A stretch of DNA of 30,831 nucleotides from Catajapyx aquilonaris (lineage: Eukaryota), in contig KZ538249.1 in NCBI GenBank assembly GCA_000934665.2, positions 62,001 through 92,831 of the forward strand, written 5' to 3'. Of the stretch, positions 1 through 11,251 are shown in pieces. Made by a program: the position numbers and the translations under genes. The notes beneath the pieces are model-generated. The model was not told the origin of the DNA. It searched no databases and worked only from the letters and a program-made list of their open reading frames with translations. Numbering within the stretch: position 1 is the stretch's first letter; every line of letters starts with the position of its first letter.

Positions 1-1966
1 AGTGATTCACATTTGCATATATTGAAATATTAGGGGAGGACCATGCCATTTTAGGAGGTCGCCAAATCAGACGAGGAAATTGCACCGGGGCGTATAGCTA
101 CCGGATGAACATATTGCCCACTGTCCCATTTTTGTCGGGTTGGTCGGAGGTGGGGCACACCAAAAGAGTCGTTCTACAATACCCGGAAATTAGGTGTGAA
201 AACAGCTAACGTTTTAAAAAAAGGCATATTTTTTCTGGTAATCGGTCAGTGACAGGACAGCCCTTGTGTTCGTGCGACGCTCACATTAGTTACCGTCTCC
301 TAATGTGACAATGACACGTACGAGGTCCTTTTGTACGACTGGGAGCACATGTCGGAAGTTGTCAGGTCGGGAAAGAATCCGGGATTAAATTGGCTTTGTG
401 TTGCAGGTACTGTGAAACCTGGAGTCACGCCTATAGTACAAGCAGGGTCGTGTGCTATGCCTGGGTTTATAAATTTCTGGCGGTGTTAGGAGAAATTCCG
501 GTGTTATTTATTAACTCGGGTGAATTAGGCGGGCACTTTTAAGCAATCTGTTTTATGGAGTGAGAGAGCACGGAATATTTTTGGAACCGAGCGTGATAGC
601 TGGTGTTATAAAATTATAAAGTGACATTGATCATTTACCGATATCCTAGCACGTATCAGGTCGGAGCCCAGATGTATTACTAATGTAGCTAATTTGCCTA
701 CCGAGATGCTCTATAAATTTTTAAAGTGGAAGTAGCTGCTAATAATACATAGTGAGGAAGCGACACTGTTTGTGAAAATTTAAGTGTGAAATATGCAGTT
801 TTTATTTATCTAATTTGAACTAATTTTTAAAATTTCATGCATTATTCTATCATGCTGGTGCATGCAGGATTAAGCAGATACATGTTTGATGCTACCCTGA
901 AATTTTAAAGTAATGTTTGTAGGGCATATCATATTTGCAACTGTTTTTTTGCACACTTTCAGGGTGGCTAGGGTCAATACCTCGAGCCACACACACACAA
1001 AAAAACGAAAGAATTACAGTCGGATTTTCGTAATTTCAAAATCGATAAAAACACCGGAGTTTTCCAATTTGCAACAGATATTATTAACAACAACTTCCGC
1101 TACTATGGCAAAACCCATGGACACCTTCCTTACAAATTGATATCGACTCATAAGCCCCGCACAACTTTTTTTGAAACTCGGTCGTTTCCAGCATATGCGA
1201 CCTTTCCGCTTACTAGCTGATGGGTAATCGCCTCTTTTTGAAGGGGGGAAAAAAACTCAAAAAAATCTATGGATTATTTACTACAGAGATGACGGCCGGA
1301 AACCTCCCGAAATTCAGCCCCATGTATAATTCAGGGCAATGATAGACAGTGAGTGGGATCCGACTCGGTCAGCACCATCCATTTTTCAAAGTACTGAACC
1401 GGTTCTTTCACAGGATTACGTGTTTAATTCACACCCGTAAAATATTAACACTTGCGTCGAGTTGGAAAATGGAAAGCGTGGGAAGTACCGTCGGTTGGAA
1501 AAAATTTGAAAAAAAGGAAGAAAAGTGGTTCTTTTTTATATAAAAAAAACCCCCCGCATTTTCTTTGTTCATGTAGGCGGACAAAAGGATTTGGATAAAA
1601 ATCAAGGTGTGAAAAGTTATTTCGAGAAGGAGGTGAATTTTTTCCGTTTCTTCCACTTTTTTTTCCACTAAAATTCGAATAAGTGGGGAAAAAAGCGCGT
1701 CGATGGAAATCAAACAGGGAGGCCCCTCTGCCTGAAGTCATCCAACGAGAAAATTCATGTCGCACCAATTACGTTCCCTTTTCGCTTTTTCTGTGTACTC
1801 AAAGGACCAGATTTTTTTGTGTGGGGAAAAAAAACAGGAGCCTAGATGTTACAATGGAAGTTTGTCGAGATGGGATTTTTGAAACTGTATATACAGCGTA
1901 TATTGAACTTGTGTCCTGATTTTTAAGAAAACTGCAGGATGGCAAAATATTGGAGAGATTGAAGAA

Positions 1967-2130
1967 TGTGGCATGAGAGCCCCGGGGCCAACCCAAAGAA
2001 AATACCTGGGTTCCATGGACACTGGTTTATTCACCACTTTAGTCAAGTCCACTCTCCCCTGGCCAAAGCCAAGGAAGCAGTGCGCATGCCCCGCCCACAT
2101 CACATGACCTGTAGGGGGCGGGTCCTCACA
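1967..2130 (-). mobile_element. Solo-LTR-like repeat, copy 1 (shortened, degenerate)
   Basis: Shares AAGAAAA(C/T)ACCTGGGTTCCATGGACACTGGTTTATT and GGAAGCAGTGCGCATGCCCCGCC...GGGGGCGGGTCCTCACA with 8047-8265 and 19503-19722. Ends TGTG...TCACA; AATAAA on the minus strand. No TSD visible and the left boundary is uncertain. Confidence 0.7.
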
Positions 2131-2680
2131 GTTGATATGATGTTTAAATGGAAAAATGCCAAAGCCTTGGGTGATGTCAGCTTCTGGAGGACTGAATCTT
2201 GGAGTGGAAGTTGGACCAGAAAGTTGCGAAATCCAAACTGAATGTCTTGCAGCTTTCAAAATAGACTGAATAATCAAAATCAATGGGCTCCCCCCCCTCC
2301 TTTAAAAAGACTAGGAGGGGGGGGGGGGAGGAAAGATAAGGCTTGGCAAAATCCAGTTTTTCTTCTTCCTCAGCCTCTTCTGAACTTTATTGGAGAACCA
2401 TGAAAGTGGCTGTTGGGCTTCGTGTTGGGATACTTACGCCTTTAAATCCTGGTCTTGAGATTGCGACGATGATGGTACTAAAAGTGGTCCAGGCCCGCGC
2501 TAATACCACACTTTATCTCATTTCCAAACCGGCAACTGTTGGGACCGGAGTGCGATTTTGAGGCAATATGCGAGCAGTTTGGAAAACAAACGAGATCATT
2601 ACCCCAGGTGAAGTTGATAGCGTCTGTTCAAATAGTTCGGTTCAGCTGAAAATGTTTGCTATACTGTGACTGTAAGTACA

Positions 2681-2828
2681 CTGTAAATATGTACCGACTT
2701 GGAGGTGGTATTTTGTGATCAAAATTGGTACATTGACTTGAAAATATTGGACTTCAAATTCCGTCTGCAGTACTGACGGTATTTGTTGATCACGAAGTAC
2801 CACCTCCAAGTCGGTGCATGATTTACAG
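2681..2828. mobile_element. MITE with ~43-bp TIRs (Tc1/mariner-pogo-like ends)
   Basis: 2681-2722 CTGTAAATATGTACCGACTTGGAGGTGGTATTTTGTGATCAA is the inverse of 2786-2828 with 3 substitutions and 1 indel. Right flank is TA, left flank CA (possibly a mutated TA TSD). Confidence 0.8.
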
Positions 2829-3664
2829 TAGTTATTGGTGGGAACCAGCTCTTGTCAACACACGCGACTTGGTCGCTGATAAAATAGTGCAGAACCGCAC
2901 TTACCATGTTACAACTATCTGTGATCTACTATAGTGTCAAGCATTTGCGATGAAGGGGGTGGAGCCCTATGTGGCATATCGCATTGCATTAATTGAAAAC
3001 GGAATTCGCCAGGTCGGCAGACTGTCAGCGTAGAAATTAGTGTGCGTGATGAAAATTGTACAGCTGAAGAGCACATGCACTGGACAATTAGCCGCCATTA
3101 TTATTTTTTAACCAGTAACATGCATCAAAATAACTGCTATATTTTTTGATTAAATTAAGGTTTTTTTTTGTGTGTGACCTGGACGAGGCGGTAGGAAAAT
3201 CGTTTTTTTGAGGCAGGGTTTGCATTGTCATTCCACACTGCACCAGACCAGTGCTTGGGTCCCCATACGTCAGTGGTGGGCTCCCAGGCGCTGCAGGGCC
3301 AAATTGAATCAGCCCCACATTGGCAGGATGAAGGACATATTAACGTAATTGTGCTAGAAATCCAACAGGTGGCAGCATTGGGTGGGTCCTGAAGATTAAA
3401 ACAAAAAAAATAATTTTTAAAAAGGCAGCTCGCCTTTTTTTATTTTTGGCGTTTTCTAGCCATATTGCGTGTTTCGCACCGGAGGAAAAATGTACTCTGG
3501 TGTAATTTTAATCAATCAGGGAAAGCTAAGGGGGCAGGACTGGGTTTTTTTGTGGCGGTTCTTTGCACATGCCAAGTCCTTGACACCCTCGACGGAAATT
3601 ATATTGAGCAAATTTGCTGGTAGGCCGTCACAAGTCGGTACAGTTTCAATTATTTTTAATTATA

Positions 3665-3858
3665 CTAGAAAAACCTTTGATTCGATCGCACTCGGCGTAG
3701 AGGACCGGGGGATGTGTACTCGCCGACCTCCAGCAAACGACTGAGGAGTTCCTCCACTCATTGCGCATGTGTAGAACGCGGGCCAATAGCGCGGTTATGC
3801 GGCGGACCAATCAGAGAGGACCAATCTGTCATAGTACGAATAATTTTAATATAATAGA
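3665..3858 (-). mobile_element. Non-autonomous Helitron-like element (194 bp)
   Basis: On the minus strand it starts A|TCTATTATATTAAAA and ends TTTTTCTAG|T: 5'-TC, 3'-CTAG, inserted between A and T without a TSD. The subterminal hairpin is not clean. Confidence 0.6.
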
Positions 3859-5429
3859 TGGCGGTTGTAATAATAACAACATTTGTACAGAAATATGGCG
3901 GTATGGGTTGAAAATCAATTGACGACCCACATATGCAGGGTGTGTTATTGTAGGAGGCAGAAGCAGGCAAATTGCTCGGTAATAATTCACAACTTGACAA
4001 CTGGCCCGTATTTTTGAAACATGCAAATTATTCACGAGGCTTAAAAATAGTCTGCTTTATTGGTACCTTCTGGCTTCGTACTGTACAATTGCGGCTGGAG
4101 TTCCATTATTCACTTTTGGCAGGATGTTTGCTCTAGGTTGCGTCAGGGTGGTCCTTTTTACACCTGCATTCGGTTGTTTCCACGCGAAGCTTCATGCAAC
4201 AGAAATGCATTGCGTGACAGGCATACGATTTCCAGTTGGCATGCCAGGGACTCTTAACGGGGATAAATGAATTTATGCCATAAGTGAAATGCATACTTAT
4301 GGGGCCTAGAATTAATTACTAAATAGTAATTGCATCACATGTGACACCCGTTGCTTTTTCCTGAACACAGCATATGTAGGCTGGGAAATCAAAATGGAAA
4401 TCTTGTCGGGTGATGCCAAATTGTGCAGGACAAGTGTGATTTTTTTTTTTTTAATTATGAAATTTTATGGGTGTAGGTATGTAAATGGCCATACAAATTG
4501 TTCGATACATATTTGCCGATATCTATTCCTCGCCCAAGTTTCGAAGCGTTTCGAAGCCTTTCCGTTGCGTGAAAGAATAATGCTGTCGCCGCCTTTCCGT
4601 AGTACATGATCCCACGAAGATATATGCGAAAGAGAAACACCGTCTGTAGGGCAATTATCGGGAGATAAGTTACACTATCGTCAGAGTTTATTAATTGAAG
4701 TCGCGTGTGTTTGCAGGCGATATTGATTTGGGCGAAGTTTTTGCCCCCGTTTGCGATCCAGGGCCCTCTTCAAAGATTGATGAATGTTTTCCACGGAATG
4801 GTGTGTACCCGGTGACAGGGTATGTGAAGGTATCCACACCAGTCCGGAATACTTTGTGTAGCGTGCCATGCCCCTTGTCACCGAGGTTCGGAATGCGTGG
4901 GATTCCCCAAAGATCCTGTTTAACAGGGTGTAGTAAAAAATGTATTATTCTGAGCGTAGAGGGGGCCGTAAAGGCAGAAAATGCGAAAACGATATTCCTC
5001 ACGCTTCCAATCACCCTCTATAACCATTTTCCAGCCCCAGCCTTTTCGAAAATCGATTAGGCATCACAAAAGGAATTTTAAACGACCCCTCCCCCCCCCC
5101 TACAACCACCCATCTTTGGCTATGAAAATGTGCCAAAAGTATGACCTTTGAGGTTAATGCCGTCGGAGCCTATCCCGCATTATTTATTTCATCTCGCCTC
5201 CAAGTCTGTCGTCTGCTCCTCCAGGGAGAGATACGTGGTGTCATTTTCAGGCGACATATTATTTTTTCTGGGGGGGACGAGGCCTGACAGCTCGGATATC
5301 ATTGCCAAGTGATATTGCACGTCCTGACGTGATTGGTTTATGAGCAGTCCACAGTGCGCACGTCAACAATGTCATCAATAAAATTAACAATTGTAGACAC
5401 ATGACACCAATATTACGTAGACATTTTCT

Positions 5430-5718
5430 AATTAAAAAGTATTATATAGGACGGCTCTGTCCGTCTGTGGACATGTATCAGGGCCTAAACTGCAAGAGAC
5501 AGCGACAAACGGTTTTCGGATTCAGCGGACCCTAAGTAAGTAGGTTTCATGGCCAACTTCCGGTTTTCCAAGTTCACTATATCCGCCAAAGTCAAGTCTG
5601 CATGCTTTAGAAATTATTTTCCCTAGGTTACTTGGCAACGAAAAATGAAAGTGACAATATTATGCCTTGAGAAAAAGTCGACTCGAATCACGCTCGCGTG
5701 ATTTTCCAATCTTACTGA
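5430..5718. mobile_element. Helitron/Helentron-derived (DINE-1/HINE-like) non-autonomous element
   Basis: AT-rich start followed by a CTGTCCGTCTGT core near 5456, with hairpin AATCACG-CTCG-CGTGATT at 5686-5703 near the other end. Layout resembles DINE-1/HINE; boundaries approximate. Confidence 0.4.
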
Positions 5719-5744
5719 TAATATAATTAATTTTGCTCAATATA

Positions 5745-5831
5745 TTGTCTAATAACTTCTCTAACTCGAATCTTCTGTAACTCGAAGTTTATTCCGGTTC
5801 CATGGAGATTCGACTTATAGAAGTTTTACTG
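5745..5831. mobile_element. Tigger/pogo-like mini-MITE
   Basis: Right end reads TA|CAGTAAAACTTCTATAAGTCGAATCT on the minus strand, a pogo/Tigger-type terminus. A degenerate inverse (AATAACTTCTCTAACTCGAATCT) lies at ~5751-5773, plus an internal TAACTCGAA repeat. Confidence 0.65.
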
Positions 5832-5842
5832 TAAAACAATTA

Positions 5843-6057
5843 AGGTGAAGTGGGGTAAGTGCATACACGGGGTAAGTGCATAAACTGGCCGCCATATTGG
5901 AATGAAAATGGCTGACATGCTCACCTCTTGTGGGGATGTGATGTGCAGCTACACAAAGGAGTGCCTGACGCGTTTTGGTGTCGTCAGCCATTTTCATTCC
6001 AATATGGCGGCCCCGTGTATGCACTTACCCCGTGTATGCACTTACCCCACTTCACCT
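5843..6057. mobile_element. MITE with ~75-bp TIRs and TA TSD
   Basis: 5843-5916 and 5983-6057 are near-perfect inverted repeats, each carrying a tandem 17-mer GGGGTAAGTGCATACAC. TA at 5841-5842 and 6058-6059. Confidence 0.9.
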
Positions 6058-6115
6058 TATTGTTTTATGATTGATTTCATATACAATATTGTTTTATGAT
6101 TTATTTCATATACCA
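6058..6115. repeat. 29-bp tandem duplication
   Basis: TATTGTTTTATGATTGATTTCATATACAA followed directly by TATTGTTTTATGATTTATTTCATATACCA (2 mismatches), abutting the MITE. Confidence 0.85.
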
Positions 6116-7547
6116 TTTATAATTTGTATCTAATTTTTATAATTAATGTAGCAGAAGTATTAGTCACATCGATTTGTTTCCTATTAGCTCCTAGTATGAA
6201 GATGTGTAAGAAATATCGATATATCGATGTAGATGCTCCCTAAAACTTTCTTACCTCGTTTTTTTTTAACATACTGGCATATACCTTTTTGGATGGCCTC
6301 GATTGCGTCCCGGCAACACAAAGAAGGTGCTGATTGAAAATGGCGGACGATGGACTCCCGAAGTAGGAAAAGGGAAACCCCATCGGGAGCACATATCATC
6401 TTTGGCAGGCACGAAGAATGCGGGGCCGAATGCATGAATTTTAGGTGGAGGTCGCTGCTCAATTCCAAGGAAGGGAGGACAGCAACCTTATTTACGTCGT
6501 ACCATGGGCGGACTGGGAAGCCCCCGTTGGTCCCTTTTGATGCTGGGGCTCCCTTCAATCTCCCAGGATTTCTTGCTTATAAGGGTTCGTGAAGGGCAAG
6601 AAATCTATCAAGAAGAAAGTTGGGCTCAGAGTAACGGCCGATATTATACAGGGTCCCATCGGACTTTCCTGCTGCCAAAATTTGAAATTGATTTTTTTTT
6701 AAACAATTTTGCTGAGATTGTCAACTGCTGAAAGTACAGGTGGAGTAATTCGATGCGTAGGAGTATTTTTTTTCCAAAAATTTAGCCCCATACGTTTAGT
6801 ATAGGAGAAGGATTGAGACAAGGAGGATGGTTTTTTTCGGCCCATTAGATGGGAATAAATTGGGGGGAAGAGAAACGTAGTGAACTAGTCGGCGGTTCAG
6901 GGAGAGACGCTTTTTGGCGTGTTGAACTGGGGCAGTTCTTTGCTCGACTATCGGATCAATAGTGATTGGTGGACTATCCTGCTTGCTGACCACTTCCCAC
7001 CAGCCTCCCCACATTTTTTTGGGGAGGACGGCTATGGGGTCGAAGATGCTGGAGTTCTCATTGAGATTTATCACCTCCAGGATTTCGGTTGCAGTCATAC
7101 GCAGGCGTCCCTCTTGTAGGGTCATGGCGGGACCCAACTTTGTAAACTCCTTCAAAGTCATTAGCTTTATGGGCTTTAAGTATGTCGGGCTTCCAGAAGA
7201 CGTTAGCGGAAGGAAGTGGTAGCGGGCGAGTCAATTTGGCACGGGTTGGGAGGGGCCATGAAAAAGAAGGAAAGGAAAGGGAAAAGAAAAAAAGGAACTT
7301 CTGCAATGGTTCCGGGGAGACTCTCAGAGATGGCAGCCACGCGTGACAATGGTACAGACGTAATTTTACAGGCGAGAAGCTTATTACAAAGGTTGAATTC
7401 GGGAACAATATGTAATGAAGTGGGCAAGTGTGCGACTTGCTTGGAGTCATTGGTTGATTGAGAAAGGTCGAAATCACTGCATCACGCTGATCAGTTTAAG
7501 TTGGAAATATTTTGGCACTAAGCTGCTTAATTTTAAGCAGCTGTTAA

Positions 7548-8039
7548 AGGGACACTCCACTCAAAATACAAGTTGGGTTCTAAAAATCGGGCAAAAAATC
7601 CTGATTCCGAGGGTATAAGCAGTTTTTCTTAGAGACGAACGGTAAGGCCAGTGTGAAAGCTGGAAGTGTGGCGTTCGAAAACCGCGCGCGGGGCAGGTGG
7701 GCGCAGGTGGCGACGCCACCAGAGTGGAACCGGGCGGAACTAGAGAAAGCATCCTGGCGCGGCCAGGGTCCCCTACATGGTTGCCTCCCCCACCCTAACT
7801 GTCTAACTGTCTAGGTGGGGGAGGCACTCATGTAGGTGACCCTGGGCGCGTCTCCTTCCCTACTTCTCCGGTTTGCCGCGAGATGCTGTTGTATCGCCCT
7901 TCTTAGCAGACGACGTGTGTATAGATGTATTATTTTCCGTGTTACCGTTGGGCGTAGGAAAAAACCGATTGCACATTCGGAATCAGGATTTTTTGCCCGA
8001 TTTTTGGGGGCCAACTTGTATTTTGAGTGGAGTGTCCCT
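7548..8039. mobile_element. Kolobok/T2-type MITE (492 bp, TTAA TSD)
   Basis: 63-bp TIRs AGGGACACTCCACTCAAAATACAAGTTGG... at 7548-7610 and 7977-8039; TTAA at 7544-7547 and 8040-8043. TTAA|AGG termini are typical of Kolobok/T2 MITEs. Confidence 0.9.
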
Positions 8040-8046
8040 TTAACAT

Positions 8047-8265
8047 TGTGACGACCCCGGGTCCGCCCCGGGGCCAACTCCGTGCGAGCTCTACCAAGAA
8101 AACACCTGGGTTCCATGGACACTGGTTTATTGGACCTTCCAGGTCGCCATCTTCCAGACTATCTCGACTCTGGATACGAACTCCACTCTCCCCTGGACAA
8201 AGCCTGGGAAGCAGTGCGCATGCCCCGCCCACATCACATGACCTACATGGGGGCGGGTCCTCACA
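8047..8265 (-). mobile_element. Solo-LTR-like repeat, copy 2 (219 bp, 4-bp TSD ACAT)
   Basis: TGTGA...TCACA termini with ACAT at 8043-8046 and 8266-8269. Minus strand has two GC boxes, a GCATGCGCA motif and AATAAA about 85 nt before the end. A 4-bp TSD is compatible with Ty3/Gypsy. Confidence 0.85.
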
Positions 8266-11251
8266 ACATTGCTGTGAATTGCAATTGGAGTCGAACACAA
8301 TTTTTTTCTCTTTAAAAATGATGGGTGAACACAACCTAATATTAGCAGCTTATACTTTTGGTAAACACTTGTGTAGCCTTTTCAGCATGATCGCTCCTTA
8401 TATGAAAACAAGTCACGCCTGCTTCGCAAATAAACGGCGGCAGGTAACACGCACCTACAAAGGCATTGTTATCCAACATCCCATTGTGCGAGCTGGTCGG
8501 CCTTAATAATTGGCGTATGATAATGACCACTAATAGACCACCTTTTCATCCTGGCCCGGTATGAGCACACTCGACAGATACTTGTGTCAGTCGATAAACG
8601 ATCCTTTCTGGTCGGGTTAAAATTTCAAAAAGGCGATGTGCTATAAATTGGGGGTATTTTTGACCTGAAATTTATCAGACATCGGTAACGATTGGTAGTC
8701 AGTACAGCATCACATACTTTTTTTATAGTTTTTTGTATTTTTCCGCAAAGCAAAAGGCCGTCTGCGACTTTTGAAACAAAAAGGGCCAAGTTTCCAGCGG
8801 CTCGCTTATGGAAATAAAAGCGCATTAGGCTTTCCCCGTGGCGCTAAAGTAATTTCATCCGGGAAACCCCTTGCGTGGCGAAAAAGAGCACTTCGTGCAA
8901 GTGGACACTGATCCCCTTTGATCCGAAGTGGGCATGTGAGTGGAAACTGAAAACGGATCCTGACCTCTGTCATGGGAGGCGGGTGCGTGCAGTGTCGTGA
9001 ACACCACCTGTGCCCGGTTTTTGAGCCAAAGGGGCAGGTACGGATCCCAACCACTGACAACAAAACACAGTCGGACATATCGATATTCTCCCAACCGAAT
9101 TGCTGACCCACTCCGGAAACGGTGAAGGCGTGTGGTTCGCGCGCTCAGGGACGGCACACCATCTGCCTTTCATGTTAGTGCATCGCGGTTGGGGGTTTCT
9201 CCGATGCCAGTCACGAAAACACCTGGAAAAGGCAGAAGGAGATACCTGGGCGGTTTTGGGCAACACGGAATGGCTTGAGAGACAGACTGTTCGGCACAGT
9301 TCGGGAATGATCGGAGCTGTTCGGCGATGCCCGACAGACGACAGTGCCATCTGTTGTTGAGCCATGTGGCAATGCTGAATCTGTCCTCTTTGTGAGGCAT
9401 GCCAGATTGTCAGATGCATCCGAAACACAGTGGAAGTTGTCCTGCGAACAAGTGATGAGGCTGAATTCTCTGCGGGACTTGCACTTGTACTACGTTGACA
9501 GTTTCGGACAAATGGAGCGTCGCCTGGCCTGACCACAGGATGCGTACTGTAGCCAAACCGCATCCGGTGCAACTGCCGCCTGCTGGTTTTTTTTGTTGCA
9601 GTCTAAAAATAATGTTTTGGTCTGCATCTCACCGGAGTGTCAGAACACAATACGTCATCCGTACTGGTGAAAACCTGCCGACATGTTGAATGCACACACA
9701 GGGTGTCCCAACGGACATTACATTGCAGTTAATATGACAGTTATGTGCAACGAATTGGGCAACAAAAATTAGGGGAAAATCTCCTTATATTTACAATGCG
9801 TCATCAGAGATTTTGCCTTTAATTTGAGTCGATACAACCAGCTTTACAGAGGGCGTTTTATTTTTATCCGCACACAAACAGATCACCCTATGTGTTATTC
9901 AGTGGAGCTTTATGACCACGGTATGTACTGTACCTATACAGTATTTTGACATGGTCGGAGCAGATTAATTCCAGGATTCGTGACTGTATAAGCTTGGTGG
10001 TGTCCTGAATTTTGCACATTATTTACTAGCCAGATTTAGCAGCCTTTTTACACTTCACACTCCACCTCCCCGACCACCAATTGGCACAAAGGTGTCATTT
10101 CAGGCGCTTGGTTTGTCACATGCCACTTCATATCTGCTCAAAATCGATTTAGGGAAGCTACAGTACGTCCATTATCAGATTCACTCTGGCGTCTCCGCAG
10201 GGCACGACACATGCAGATGGCCTTAATCGTCATGTGTTGCAAACATGCACTCGTGACATTGCTTTCAATCAAAGGGACAATGCACAAGGACAGTGTAAAA
10301 TTGCAAGTGCGACCTCGTTTACATGTAGGTGCTTACTTGGACAGAGCATCGTCCTGATGCATTGTTCTTGCACTTTTTATGTCGCGAGAATCTATTGTCA
10401 TATCTTGCGCTTTTGACAAACAGGTTGTAGCAAAATGTCAGTGAGCCACGAACTTCCTACCACTTTCCATTACAAACTTTGTAAAAGTGCGCCATTGAGT
10501 CCTCCATACCGGGGGGCTTGCATTTGGAGCGGCGACGAACAAAGGAAGCCGGATAAACCGAACGTCCTCTACACACCTGAGGGAGAGGGGGAGGGGGGGA
10601 AAAGTAGTCGCGAAAAATCCCCCCCAGGGGGGAGTTTCAATTTGTGCGAAATAATAACTCATAGGCCGGATCTGATGGCACGTCAGGCGCACGTGGGGAG
10701 CCCGAGCTGTATACAGAGGAGGCCAAAGGAAGGACCAGGGACATTGTGTTTTCGAAGTTCAAAAGAAACACCCGACTCGGGGCCCTCCCTAAACTCGATT
10801 GGCCACACCTTTCCACGGAGGAAACCCTTCTCAGGTTGCTTCCCAACACACAGGAGTCGTGAGGGTTTCTGCGAATACGAAACTCCATTGTCACTTAAAT
10901 CGGCTTTTCTCAAGGGGTCGATGCAAATCGGATTTGAGGGGGGGTGTACAGAAAGGGGTAGACTATGGCAGAGCCTACACTGCAGAGACGAGGCAGCAAA
11001 TTCGATATGAAAGTGCTTTTGTTCGCTTCTACATACATTTCTGCGCCACCTTTGAGACCCATGGGATTCTATTCCCATCCATTAGCGTTAGCGCACTTTA
11101 CACCCCTGACACTATACCTGCGGATCTGGCATTGTTAGGGAGGGTCTTCAAAAATGATCGTTTTCGCATGATCGTGACTAGATGAAGTCGATAGTCGAAC
11201 ACATGCAACTTACAATTAAAGATTCGTACCTCAGGACCCAATTACCGAATC

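Noticed and set aside
281..308. 9-bp hairpin TCACATTAG/CTAATGTGA
   Set aside because: Short enough to arise by chance in 31 kb.
891..1960. hAT-like CAGGGTGGC terminus at 960 with inverse GCTACCCTG at 891, followed by TE-like sequence
   Set aside because: No downstream partner TIR or TSD found, so boundaries cannot be supported.
2438..2623. Possible minus strand exon (AACAG acceptor, GTAAGT donor at 2437)
   Set aside because: All three frames contain a stop and the acceptor is weak; a non-coding exon cannot be excluded.
1967..8265. LTR copies 1 and 2 as the ends of one full-length retrotransposon
   Set aside because: Copy 2 has its own TSD, the copies differ substantially, and there is no PBS, PPT or gag-pol between them.
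10435..11010. 191-aa + strand ORF
   Set aside because: No recognisable domain; crosses G/C runs; overlapped by similar-length ORFs in other frames.
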